Positions 48,203-58,341 of a stretch of DNA of 64,000 nt are shown piece by piece; the stretch's first letter is position 1, and each line of letters begins with the position of its first letter. The position numbers and the translations under genes were made by a program. The notes below the pieces were generated by a model. That model saw only the letters and a list, made by a program, of their open reading frames with translations. It was not told the DNA's origin and did not search any database. The DNA comes from Chloroflexota bacterium (GTDB lineage: Bacteria; Chloroflexota; UBA11872; VXOZ01): NCBI GenBank assembly GCA_965221905.1, contig OZ244922.1, positions 3,382,956 through 3,446,955 of the forward strand, written 5' to 3'.

Positions 48203-48356
48203 GGTTTCTTGTTCCTTCGGATAAGGGCAGTTTTCTTGCCCTATGACAAATGTGCGTCTGCCCTACGAACAATCGACTCTATAGGGTGTGGGACTTCCGG
48301 TCAGTTTTGCATGGACAAGCCCCCGCGCTAGGATTGCTTGCAATGACGCGAGTCTC

Positions 48357-49526
48357 TTAGGCCTCATCCAGGTCCCCACACTGCAGAACCATCGTGTAGT
48401 CCGCGTCGTGGGGTGTGTAGCGGTGGCTGATCCGCGCAATGCGCAGCTTGCCGTGGGCAAAGCCCGTGGTTTGAAAGTCGACCACGTCGCCGATTTGGAG
48501 CGTGGGATTGTAGGGCACGTCTACGGCATACGCGTTGCTATCGCGGCGGACGCCCGCCAGCACCGCTTCCGCGCGGCCCTGGCAGTCTGCGGCCTGCGTC
48601 AATTGGGTGTCGGTGACAAGGACTGTTTGCTCGCTGCCGTGCGTTCGCACTGCATCCCAATCCCAGGCCTCGCCCAACACACCCTTGCCCTGCACCAACA
48701 CGTGATTTATTCCGTTGCGCTGCTGCCATGCGCCGACGAATTCCTGGCCGGTGTACGTCCACGTCGTCTCATCCGTCTGTGGAAACTCACAATGTACCGT
48801 ACCGTCCGCTTCCACCCGCCACTGGAGCGCATTGAGCGCCACCAGGCGGTCTATCATCGTTTGCCACGGTTGACCGGCATGCAGGGCAAAAGCAGGCAAG
48901 GCGCGGTCAAAGCGGCTATCGCCGTCGTCGGTCATACGCAGCGCTCCGGCGCGGTACCACGCCTCGGCAAGCAACGCGCGCACAGTATACCCATTGTACG
49001 ACCACGTCTGCGAGACGCGGCGGCGCGCCTGCACGCTCACGTCGGCGGCCTCCACACGCACCGTGCGATTCGGTAAGAGCGTAATGCCCTGCACAACGAG
49101 CTCGGCCATCGGCGCCGTTTCGATACCACCATCGGTTACATATCCGGCGCGCACATCAAGGGTCGCGCCCGCCCGCAATGTCTTGCCAAGCCTGCCATTG
49201 AGCGCGTCGTCCGCGTTGTCCAGGAGCAGGCGTGCTGTGCTCGTCTCGTTCGTTTGCTCTTCCCACTGGAATTCCAGCACGCGGCTGGATACGTCTTGGA
49301 ACTGGTCCGGGTTTGTGGCCGCATAGCCCTCGTAGCGGTGAGCGGTCTCATGGTTTAACAGCCAGTAGTGGCGGGCATCCTGCCGCAGCCACGAGAATCC
49401 GGCGTAAGACTCATCTTCCACCGGCGTCCCCTCGGCAAAAGTGCCCCAGGCGTGGGCCGTACAGTAACGCCAGCGCCCGAAGTTGAGACCGGAGACCACG
49501 CCGTAGTCCCGTTCCAGGTATGCCAC
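48357..49526 (-). CDS. hypothetical protein, possible phage structural (tail/baseplate-like) protein
   Basis: 389 aa, co-directional and nearly contiguous with the downstream BNR gene; no motif recognised. Confidence 0.35.
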   Translation of the reverse strand: MAYLERDYGVVSGLNFGRWRYCTAHAWGTFAEGTPVEDESYAGFSWLRQDARHYWLLNHETAHRYEGYAATNPDQFQDVSSRVLEFQWEEQTNETSTARLLLDNADDALNGRLGKTLRAGATLDVRAGYVTDGGIETAPMAELVVQGITLLPNRTVRVEAADVSVQARRRVSQTWSYNGYTVRALLAEAWYRAGALRMTDDGDSRFDRALPAFALHAGQPWQTMIDRLVALNALQWRVEADGTVHCEFPQTDETTWTYTGQEFVGAWQQRNGINHVLVQGKGVLGEAWDWDAVRTHGSEQTVLVTDTQLTQAADCQGRAEAVLAGVRRDSNAYAVDVPYNPTLQIGDVVDFQTTGFAHGKLRIARISHRYTPHDADYTMVLQCGDLDEA

Positions 49527-49539
49527 GCGAAACGCCTGC

Positions 49540-50325
49540 TCAAACCCACTGTTCTACCGTGGGTTTGAGCAGGTCTCGCTGCGCCGTGCTGTCATCCACC
49601 CGTGCGACGGGCGTGAGCGGCTCCCAGATCGCGCCGTCGGTGCGGCAGCCCATAATAGAGGTACCGGTCGTGCCCGGCACGCCGCCCCATAACGACAGGG
49701 CAAGATGCCACGCCGTGCCGTCCCACGTGCCGCCAATACCGCCGCATGCCGAAAAGGCGCCGTGGGACCATTCGTCTGCCTGCCAGCCTTGACCGGAGTC
49801 ATAGAGCCGGAAGACGGTCACGCCACCGCCGGACTTATCAACCGCCAAGAAGATGCTGCCGTTGCCGCCGTAGCAGAGCGCGCGCACGATCTGACGGGCA
49901 TTCCAAAGAGTCTCCGGGCTGCCCCACGTGGCTCCGCCGTCGGAGCTCGTCCGGCGATAGACTGTGGTGAACGTGACATAGACCGCCATCACGTCGCCAT
50001 TGGGCAACACACCCGCGGCAACGCCCGCAGCGCCGGTGACGCGGGTTTGCAGAGTTGACCAAGCGGTCCATTGGCTTGCCTGGCTGGGGTCGGCAATGCG
50101 CTGATACGAAACGGTGGCTGAACGCACGCCCCGCTCCGGCGAGACGTCCACGCGCCAGAGCGCGCCGCCGGTGTCTACGAAACAGGCGCTGGCGGCAGCG
50201 GAGCGCGGGTCGGTACGATAGAGTTCGTAGTGGTGCTCACCATCGCGCAATGTAAACTGCATTGCCGGTTGCCGTGCCGGTGCGTCTACGGCTGCGGCCA
50301 GGGTGTCGGATAACGTGCGTGCCAT
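49540..50325 (-). CDS. BNR/Asp-box repeat (sialidase-like beta-propeller) protein
   Basis: Asp-box SSDGGATWGSP plus additional S/T-x-D-G-x-x-W-like repeats. Confidence 0.5.
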   Translation of the reverse strand: MARTLSDTLAAAVDAPARQPAMQFTLRDGEHHYELYRTDPRSAAASACFVDTGGALWRVDVSPERGVRSATVSYQRIADPSQASQWTAWSTLQTRVTGAAGVAAGVLPNGDVMAVYVTFTTVYRRTSSDGGATWGSPETLWNARQIVRALCYGGNGSIFLAVDKSGGGVTVFRLYDSGQGWQADEWSHGAFSACGGIGGTWDGTAWHLALSLWGGVPGTTGTSIMGCRTDGAIWEPLTPVARVDDSTAQRDLLKPTVEQWV

Positions 50326-50327
50326 TG

Positions 50328-50765
50328 CTAGACCTCCCGCAACACTACGTGCGTTTCCCACTCCAGCAGCCATAGCCGCTCTTTACCAAAGGGAATTACC
50401 CGATCCTCGCAGGCAGCGAAACGCACCGTATAACTATCCTCCAAGGGATCGACGAACGCATGGTCCTCGTTCAACTGTCGATAGAATTCCCAGAGCCAGT
50501 CGTGCCACTGCCGCGCCTTGGTGGCGTTCGTCGTGCCGTCGAGATTACGCACGTTACTGCGGCACATGACGACGAAACCAAACTCGCGCTTTCCTAAGCC
50601 GCTCTCGACGTACGAAATCGAGCCTGCCGCTGTCCGACGCGCCTGCGCGAGACGCGGTTGGGTCATAGTAAATGTGCCGGGCTTTACGAAGAATCCCACC
50701 GGCACGCCGCCGTTCACGTTGGCGTTGGCCAGCGTCACGTTGCAGTCCATCCCTATGGTTGCCAT
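50328..50765 (-). CDS. hypothetical protein, paralogue of 51338..51745
   Basis: MATIGMDCNVTLANANVNGGVPVGFFVKPGTFTM vs MPTVGEDCSVILDGHGYFVKPGSYRV, similarity along the length. Confidence 0.4.
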   Translation of the reverse strand: MATIGMDCNVTLANANVNGGVPVGFFVKPGTFTMTQPRLAQARRTAAGSISYVESGLGKREFGFVVMCRSNVRNLDGTTNATKARQWHDWLWEFYRQLNEDHAFVDPLEDSYTVRFAACEDRVIPFGKERLWLLEWETHVVLREV

Positions 50766-50892
50766 ATGGTCAATACTCCCCTCTCATGTCGGTATTCCAA
50801 GAGAACTTCAAAAGGATGCACAATCGGAACTCCGGCGATGCAATCCCAAAACTCGCGATGCAATCGGAAATCTCACAAGGACGCCACTCTTC

Positions 50893-51270
50893 CCGTTCGC
50901 CCTGAGCCTGTCGAAGGGCTCTTCATGGCGCGAACCTCTTTTCCGTTCGCCCTGAGCTTGTCGAAGGGTCGTTGGGTCGAAGAGCCCTCCTTGGCGCGGA
51001 CCCTTTATTCCGTTCGCCCTGAGCCTGTCGAAGGGCCGATGGGCCCTCCACGGCGCGAACCCTCTTTCCGTTCGCCCTGAGCTTGTCGAAGGGTCGAAGG
51101 GCCCTCCACGGCTCCAACCCTCTTTTCCGTTCGCCCTGAGCTTGTCGAAGGGTCGATGGGCCCTCCACGGCGCGAACCCTCTTTCCGTTCGCCCTGAGCT
51201 TGTCGAAGGGCCGATGGGCCCTCCACGACGCGATCCTCTTTTCCGTTCGCCCTGAGCTTGTCGAACGGCA
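50893..51270. repeat. tandem array, about 58 bp x 7 (TCTTTTCCGTTCGCCCTGAGCYTGTCGAAGGGYCGATGGGCCCTCCACGGCGCGAACCC)
   Basis: copies start at 50893, 50943, 51010, 51068, 51127, 51185 and 51243; inter-core segments are near-identical, so these are not CRISPR spacers. Confidence 0.9.
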
Positions 51271-51337
51271 GGCATCCGGTACAAACACCTATTTACCCTC
51301 GCCATGACGACCCGTTTGCGCTACCGGCCCACGCCCT

Positions 51338-51745
51338 TCACGCCTCGACCAGCGATACCGCGATCTCCCACTCCGGCTGCTCCCAGAATCCCGCTGCCTC
51401 CGACACGCGTTCTTCCAGACTCAACGTGTGTACGCTGTGCTCTGTACCCAGCCGGTCCGTAAAGCGCAGCGCCTCGGCCTTGGCGTAGGACGCCCGCAGG
51501 CGTGTACGGAAGGCAGCGGCAGCAGTAGGGTTAATTGTGCCGTTGCGGTTGAGGTGGTTGGCGAATGCGAGAACGGTGAAGTGCCAGACCTGCTTGCCCG
51601 CGCCAAGGTCAACTGCCGCGGGACCGGCCGCTGCCTCCGGCGCCGCGGCCAGAACTTTAGGAATCTCTACGCGATAGGACCCGGGCTTAACGAAATAGCC
51701 GTGTCCGTCCAGAATCACCGAGCAATCCTCACCAACGGTTGGCAT
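51338..51745 (-). CDS. hypothetical protein, paralogue of 50328..50765
   Basis: see paralogue; the two copies flank the 58-bp tandem array. Confidence 0.4.
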   Translation of the reverse strand: MPTVGEDCSVILDGHGYFVKPGSYRVEIPKVLAAAPEAAAGPAAVDLGAGKQVWHFTVLAFANHLNRNGTINPTAAAAFRTRLRASYAKAEALRFTDRLGTEHSVHTLSLEERVSEAAGFWEQPEWEIAVSLVEA

Positions 51746-51751
51746 GGGTCA

Positions 51752-52126
51752 TTACCTTATCTCTACGAGTTTGACGACAATGCGGTTGGGCATGCCGGTC
51801 AACCCCAAACTGAGGCGTTCCTGCACGCGGTACGTGCGGACGCTCGCGACTTGTGCGCTGTCCGGCGTATCGGCAATCGCAACCACACCGGATAGGTCTA
51901 CGTCCGGAGCGAACTCTGCCGTGGCATCCGGCCCATGACTGCGCCTGCGATTGCCGGGGTTTGCCGCGCCGGAGGATTCGTTTCGCTCCTCCTTCCACGT
52001 ACACTGCGCCGCCGCGTACGCGGTGGCGCCGCCGTCATTCCGGATCAGAGTGACCGTACGCAGCCGCCCGTGGCGGATCTGCTCACGGTTTGCCAACACC
52101 TGCGCGGCCTGCTTGCTATCGAGCAT
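51752..52126 (-). CDS. hypothetical protein (phage-like block)
   Basis: ORF shortened to the internal Met (MLDSKQAAQVL...); 7 nt upstream of the next gene. Confidence 0.3.
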   Translation of the reverse strand: MLDSKQAAQVLANREQIRHGRLRTVTLIRNDGGATAYAAAQCTWKEERNESSGAANPGNRRRSHGPDATAEFAPDVDLSGVVAIADTPDSAQVASVRTYRVQERLSLGLTGMPNRIVVKLVEIR

Positions 52127-52467
52127 TGCAATTCTCCGTTCGTTCTTTGCACGTTGCTTTCTGCTGTTCCGCTGTGGCCTTGGACGCAGCACCAGAGTTA
52201 GTGCAGGGGAAAGTCGTCTGGCGGGCACCCGTTTCGACGCTTACTCAGAGCCTCGCCCATTCGCGATTCCGGCCAACAAAACTATGCGAATAGGCGCGAT
52301 CCAATCCGTCATTCCCGCGGAAAGCTTGCCCCGTACCTGATACGGGGCGGGAATCCATCTTCTCTGCGCAACCTGCCCACTTCCCCAGGCCGGGGACAAG
52401 CCCCCGTGCTACGGTCTAGCGCGAATGCAGGGCTTGCCAGGGCGGCCATGCGGAACGACTTTCGCAA

Positions 52468-53136
52468 TCATCGCGCCATGTCCGCGCCATCTACCGTCCA
52501 CGCTACGCTCCCCCGCGTTTGCTGCGCCCGTTCCTGCCGCAGCACGTCAAGCTCCTTCTCAAACGATTCACGCGCCGTGCTGCCCTTCTCCCACCACGCT
52601 CCGCTCACCATGCTCGTATCCACGCCGGCCCCTTGTTGGCCGTCTTGGTAGCGGAAGTTATCTGACTTTGGGGTCGCGTAGGCCAAGCACGCGTGAGCGT
52701 ACGCGCCGGTCGTCAGCAGACCGGTATACGGGCCAGGCAGCGTCCACAGGCTGTCGCTGGCGACGTGCTTGGTGCCCCAGCGCACACGCACCGCATCGGC
52801 GGCGCTAGGCGCTTCCGGCACGAGCAGAAAGACGAATCCCGGCGCGCCCTCGCTCGTAGGCAGCACCATGAAGGTGCAAAGCTTCGGAGGGTAGCAACCC
52901 GTGGGCCACTCCACCTCCTCCACGCTCCACACCTCCACGAGGCTGCTCAAGTCCACCAGCCGCGAATCCGCACTGGTGCTCAACGTGGCGTCGCGCGACC
53001 AGGGCAAAGCCCGCGATAGCTCGGCCAGGGCGCGGTCGATGGCGTGATCGAGGGCCGCGTCGCTGAAACGCGGTTCGGCGTCCGCCGGATCGAACAACTC
53101 GTTGCGCAACGAGCTGCGAAATTCGCTCAGTGTCAT
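52468..53136 (-). CDS. hypothetical protein, possibly phage head-tail connector (gp6-like)
   Basis: N-terminus MTLSEFRSSLRNELFDPADAEPRFSDAALDHAIDRALAEL resembles the gp6-like DNA-packaging/connector N-terminal helices. Confidence 0.3.
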   Translation of the reverse strand: MTLSEFRSSLRNELFDPADAEPRFSDAALDHAIDRALAELSRALPWSRDATLSTSADSRLVDLSSLVEVWSVEEVEWPTGCYPPKLCTFMVLPTSEGAPGFVFLLVPEAPSAADAVRVRWGTKHVASDSLWTLPGPYTGLLTTGAYAHACLAYATPKSDNFRYQDGQQGAGVDTSMVSGAWWEKGSTARESFEKELDVLRQERAQQTRGSVAWTVDGADMAR

Positions 53137-53435
53137 AGGTAATCCTCAAGTGTCAGTTGCTACGATGATGTCCGGCGCAACGAGATGCCGCGCTCAATTG
53201 AAGCTCATTACTAGAAGGCTCCCGTGGCGCGGCGAACTCAGGCCGCGCCAAGGCTTTGTTGAACATTAATGGTCAAACGGGGAACGTGATCCCCTCTTTC
53301 AGGGCGTAGGGGCACGACTTGTCGTGCCCCTACAGGAACATCCCTTTTCCCACCGGGGGGAGGGCTGGGGTGGGGGTCTCCCCTCACCCCGCAACGATGC
53401 ATCAAGCACCCCATTGCCCCCAGCACACACAGGAC

Positions 53436-55430
53436 CTACGCTACTTCAGCCCAGTAAGCGCCCCGGTAGTCCAGCCAGCCGCCGCCAAACTCCCAGCGCA
53501 TCTTGTAGCTGATCGCGTCGTTGGTAAAGACCGATCCGGCGGTTGGGTTATCCTGCACCAGCAGTTCCGGCGTCTCCTGACCGTTGATGAAACCGACCTC
53601 CAGGCTCTCGATCTGCGCCGGGTCCGCCATCAGGTAGTAGTCCTTGGCATCGCTGAACTGCGGCACCACGATCGGCTCCAGCATGCCTTGCAGCGGATTA
53701 GCGTCGTTATTCTGGCTGCCGGGCAGCAGCGTGCTGTTGAGAATCGTCACAGCCGTCCAATACAGATCCGGCGGCAGCAAGAGTTACCGGGGCTTGATGC
53801 CCAGGCGCTTATCCGCGCTATTGGTCTGCTTCATCATCCGCGTAATCGCAGACTGTAGCGCCGTGGCCGCCAGCGCCGCGGTGCCGCGATTCTTGTGCGA
53901 GGTCTGGGTGCCGTCGTCGAAGACCTTCGTGCTGTCGGCGAGCGCAGGATTGCTTGTAAAGAGGCCGTACACGAACTCATTGATGGTCGTGGCCGCCGCG
54001 ATCGCGAGCTTGGTAGGAATGCGTCGGATAGCTTCCAGGTCGTCGTTGAGTATCGCCTCGCGGGTGACCACCACCAGGTTGCCACGCTTGGCGGGCGTGT
54101 AGGTCTCTCGCGTGTCGTCCCACGCAAGGTTCGTGTAGGCCGCGTTCTCGTTGACCGTGCCAAGTGCCCCGAAATCATGCAGCAGCACCCGGTACTGGGG
54201 CTTGTAGTCGCGAATCGAGCGGATCGCGCAGAATTTCTTCCAGTCCTGGGGCTGCGCGCCGTAGTCCTGGACGAGACGCTTCGTAATGGCGTTGGCGAGC
54301 GCGTGGTTGAGCACGCTCGTGGTGACCTCGTTGGCCTCGCGCACGGTCGAGAGCTCCAGATTCAGGGTGCCCCGGATTTCGGTATCGCCCGTGATCTGCA
54401 CGTATGCCTCTCGAATGCTGGACCACGCAGGAATAGGCTCTTCAGAGGCAACGTCCCGCACGCCCAAGAGTCGCGCCAAGCCGGCCTCGGCCGCGGCTAA
54501 ACCCCAGCTTGCTCCGGCGCCGCCCATGCTGATGCGCGCCTTCTCCGCGCCCACGCCCCGCACGGCGTGCGCAGAACCCGTGAGCGCGCGCACGGTCTCT
54601 ACCTCTTCCTGAACGGCCTGTTCCAAGACGGCAGTGGTAAAGGTCTGCCCTTCAAAGCGGCGGCGCAGCTTGCCCTTGATCGCGGCGGGCAGAGCCACGG
54701 TATCGAGCCGCTCGTGGAGAGCGGTCATGCAGGCGAGTTTCCCTTCTGCCTCGGCGAGACGGGCATCTACCGTCATCGTGGCAGTATCTTCCATGAGTAC
54801 CTCCTCGGTATGTGGTGAATCTGTTGACTCCGCCCCGGCATGGGGCTCGACGTTTGCTGTGTCGGTACGTTGGTCTCCTTGCATAGCGTTCTCCTTGTCT
54901 GTGCTGAAAATCTCTTGCGCTGCCAAGACGCGCTCGAACGCGCCGCCGGCCGCGGCCCGCGTGACCACGTCGCAGGAGCGCAACACCGGGATGCGTTCCA
55001 CTACTTGGATGCTCTTGCCGTTCTGCTGCTGGGTGCGCACCGACGCCAGAGAGTCAATCGAGAGACCCAGCACGTCAGGGCGTCCCATTTCCACAGCTTC
55101 CTGCACCAAACTCCAGAGCCAGTCGGCGCTGCTAAAGATATGGAGGGTGGCCCGCACGCGGTCACCCTCCAGCCGGGGTTCGCGATAGAACCCCACCACG
55201 TCGCGGACGCTCCGTGGCTTGTGGATGCTGTCGCCGGCGGGCGACGGATGGTCGGCAAAGGCTTTGAGGCCGTCGATCTGCTGCGCCACGTCCTGCAACG
55301 CTTGGGGCGTGAAGTAGCGGCCGTTCCGCGACATGCCTTGCCGGAGCACGGTTACGGCTACATCGCGTTGCGGCGCGTCGAGCTGCGCCTCCTGTAACGG
55401 TACGAGCAGCGCCAGGTGTTCGGGTTTCAA
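53436..55430 (-). pseudogene. phage prohead protease - scaffold - HK97-like major capsid fusion, interrupted by an in-frame TAA (53784-53786)
   Basis: N-terminal HK97-type prohead protease-like block (VLRQGMSRNGRYFTPQALQDV...LKAFADHP), central coiled region, C-terminal capsid-like region ending YKMRWEFGGGWLDYRGAYWAEVA; the two ORFs (53784..55430 and 53436..53780) are in the same frame separated only by TAA + CTC. Confidence 0.45.
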
Positions 55431-55636
55431 TGCGTCATCCTCCCTTCGATGTAATGCGATATTTCTTGTCCTGCTTCAACGACCCGTTGGGCGGGTTTGC
55501 AACCTGCGTCCACCCGCCTGCGCATGGCACAACCGGATAGATGTCTTTGTGAAATCCTCTTTCCAAACAGTGAAAGGGCCCTCCTGAATGCGCTGACGTC
55601 TCATGCCGGTGCGTGGACATTGGTACAATAGCCAGC

Positions 55637-56218
55637 ATGAACCTACACAAACCCCCTTCCCCCACTGCGTCGCTCACCGTTGTCGTCGCGCCTTCTCAAG
55701 CCGGCGGCTACTGGGCAGACCTGCCGACTCTCCCCGGCTGCGTCGTACAGGGGGAAACCGTTGACGCCGTGATTGCCGACCTCACGATGACGGCGGAGAT
55801 GCACTTGGCGCAGGAAGACCCGCCCGCCGACACCCTCGCTTTGCACAACGTCGCCGTTGACATGGCCGATGTGACGTACCGCCTTACGGCCGTTACCTGG
55901 CACGGCGAGCGACGAGCTTGTGCGGTTGCGATACCCCTCCACGACCGGGTGGCGCACGGAGAGACCGTGGAAGAGGCCCTGGCGCAACTCCGCCGGCTGC
56001 TCCCAACCTGGATCGTCGCCGATCTCGCCGAAGGCGAGCCCGTGCCGATAGTCGCGGTCGCGGAGACGGCAATTATTCATCCGCGTGTGGGCCAAGCCAC
56101 CGGCGCGCCCCTTTCCCAATCCGAGGCCCTCAAGCCTGAAGTCGTCCTGGTTCTGCTCCGCGCGGCGGGTATGACCAAAGAGCAACTGAGCGAGATGCTG
56201 GATTACGACCCAGAGTGA
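55637..56218 (+). CDS. tandem HicB-like (UPF0150) antitoxin-fold protein
   Basis: two repeats of the HicB-like pattern (YWADLPTLPGCVVQGETVDAV...; AVAIPLHDRVAHGETVEEALAQL). Confidence 0.5.
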   Translation: MNLHKPPSPTASLTVVVAPSQAGGYWADLPTLPGCVVQGETVDAVIADLTMTAEMHLAQEDPPADTLALHNVAVDMADVTYRLTAVTWHGERRACAVAIPLHDRVAHGETVEEALAQLRRLLPTWIVADLAEGEPVPIVAVAETAIIHPRVGQATGAPLSQSEALKPEVVLVLLRAAGMTKEQLSEMLDYDPE

Positions 56219-56549
56219 CTGAATCTGCTCGGCAACCCCCTCTCCCTCGAGGGAGAGGGCCGGGGTGAGGGGGAATCTTGTCAGCCCAGCCTCGCCTTTT
56301 TGGCATGACTGCAACCCTTTGGAATGCAACTGTGATCCGTCATTCCCGCGAAAGCGGGAATCCATCTTCTCCGTTTGCACCTTGAACACCGGCCCCGTAC
56401 TCGATACGGCGCATCGACGCGATACGGCGCCGGAATTCATCCGACCAGCCCCCGTATACTCCCGCTTTCGCGGGAGTGACGGATTGAGTTCCCATTCAAG
56501 TGACCTGAGATTCGGCAGATAGCACGTGGCAGTCCAGTGGCGCATCCCT

Positions 56550-57788
56550 TTACTCCTCTTCAGCCAAGAAGCGACGGAAGAGACGCGCGGCGTCCTCAGC
56601 TTCCAACCAGCCCTCTGTTTGAGCGAGTTGCAGCGACCGCGCGAACGACTCGGCGTGCGGGCCCGCCACGTGGGCAACGTCCGGCTGGAGTTCCTGAAAG
56701 ACCACGCGAAAGGCCGTATCAACATTCGCATCGAGCGCTCCGGCGTCTTGTTTCCCCTGAATCGCTCGTGCTACGAGACGACGCAGGTAGCGGCCGAAGA
56801 GTTCCTGGCGGCGTTGGAAGCGCCGCAGCGTCGGCAGGCCCATCTCGGCCGCCGTCGCCCGGTTGACGTGCCCGCCTTCGGCGAGGTAGTGCTCCGGCAA
56901 GCCTGCGCCCGCCGCTATCATCAGCTTGAGCGCGCGACCGTCTGCGGCGACGTCATCAGCGCCAATGGAGGGCTGCACCGGCTGCCAGTTCTCCGCTTCG
57001 TTATGGAAAACCACGGTGCCGGGCGCCGGCGGCTGGGCGTAGGCCGCCATCTTGGCCAGCAGGTCGTTCCGCGTTGCGCCCCGTACGGTCACGTCGTAGA
57101 TGAAGCTGCCTTTGAGGCGGTTAATCCGCGCACGGTCCACCAGCCAATCTCGATAGCGTTTGAGCCACGGCAGCAGCGCTGCCAAGTCGCTGCGCCCGCG
57201 CAACGCGTTTGACACTCGATTGATGGTAAGGTGCTCCATTTCCGCTGCCGCTACCCAGTAGCCCGGGTCATTGCCGACTCCTCGCACGCGGTACCGGTGC
57301 ACCTGCTCGATGTCTTCTGCCGCGGTCTCAATGCGTTCGATGAGCAGCGGATCGAGCTGTCGCAGCCTGATTTCGCCCGTAAGCGGATCGGTGAATACGC
57401 GCACGAACTGCTCGCCGTAGAGGGAAAGCTCCGTGTAGAGGCTATAGATGCGCGTGTCCATGGTGTTGTCCGGGTGCCGCCAGAAGGCATCCACCACCTC
57501 CTGCACCGCCGCACTCGCGCACGCGATGCGCACGCCCCCGCCCAGCACGAAATTGGCCTGAATGTCGATCACGGCATACGCCAATGGGTTGGTGACGTAG
57601 GCTTCGTAGACCTCCCGCAGCAGTCGCTGGTGGTCCCAGAGCGCGTCGTCCCGCGTCTCCGAGGCCCCGGTCACCTGGCGGTAGCCGATGTCTTCAGCCG
57701 CCACCGCCTCCTGCACGCGCGTCTGGATGAGATCGCCAAAGAGGCGCTCGCCCAGGCGTTGCCACCACTCACTAGTCTGTATTGCCAT
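56550..57788 (-). CDS. phage portal protein (putative)
   Basis: about 410 aa; position between the capsid/protease and terminase genes; portal-like blocks (SLYGEQFVRVF, NFVLGGGVRI); not verified. Confidence 0.4.
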   Translation of the reverse strand: MAIQTSEWWQRLGERLFGDLIQTRVQEAVAAEDIGYRQVTGASETRDDALWDHQRLLREVYEAYVTNPLAYAVIDIQANFVLGGGVRIACASAAVQEVVDAFWRHPDNTMDTRIYSLYTELSLYGEQFVRVFTDPLTGEIRLRQLDPLLIERIETAAEDIEQVHRYRVRGVGNDPGYWVAAAEMEHLTINRVSNALRGRSDLAALLPWLKRYRDWLVDRARINRLKGSFIYDVTVRGATRNDLLAKMAAYAQPPAPGTVVFHNEAENWQPVQPSIGADDVAADGRALKLMIAAGAGLPEHYLAEGGHVNRATAAEMGLPTLRRFQRRQELFGRYLRRLVARAIQGKQDAGALDANVDTAFRVVFQELQPDVAHVAGPHAESFARSLQLAQTEGWLEAEDAARLFRRFLAEEE

Positions 57789-58019
57789 TGCGCTCGCTTT
57801 CTGTGTGTTGTCATGGCTCTTGTCGCATCGGGAAGCTTGATTGAACGGCAAGCATCCGACTCACCGTTCGCCCTGAGCCTGCCTATCCTGAGCTTGTCGA
57901 AGGGTCAAAGGGCGCCCGTTCATGGTTCGACAGAGCCTGTGCAGAGCCTGCCGAAGTGCTCACCACGAACGGATTTGCAAACATTCGGTAGCGCAGGTTT
58001 GCAACCTGCGATCCTAGCC

Positions 58020-58290
58020 CATCTAGCCCGTCATTCCCGCAAGTGCGGGAATCCATCTTGGCTGTGTCAACAATCCCTCCCCTACAGGGCACAAGTCCCC
58101 GCACTGCGTCGCAATTCGTAGTCTTTCTCTTTGGCTGCGTGGAAAACCGGTGGCCCTCTTCCGGTAGCGCAGGTTTGTAACCTGCGTTTCTAGCCCGTCT
58201 AGCCCGTCATTCCCGCGCAAGCGGGAATCCATCTTCTACGCGCACATCCTGGACTCCGGCTTTCGCCGGTGTGACGGATGGTAGTCCGAC
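58020..58290. repeat. mosaic of REP families A-B-A between the portal and terminase genes
   Basis: CCCGTCATTCCCGCAAGTGCGGGAATCCATCTT; GGTAGCGCAGGTTTGTAACCTGCG; CCCGTCATTCCCGCGCAAGCGGGAATCCATCTTC. Confidence 0.8.
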
Positions 58291-58341
58291 GGACCGATGG
58301 CAACACGGTCTGTGCGGAACCAGAAGAAAGCAGATTCATCA

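Noticed and set aside
50893-51270. Possible CRISPR array (regular about 58-bp periodicity with a 28-bp conserved core)
   Set aside because: The 30-bp inter-core segments are near-identical to each other rather than unique spacers. The same core occurs dispersed genome-wide. No cas genes are nearby. It is a tandem repeat.
50808-51305. Minus-strand ORFs across the 58-bp array (RANGKRVRAVEGPSTLRQAQGERK repeats)
   Set aside because: They are translations of the tandem DNA repeat. No start context supports them.
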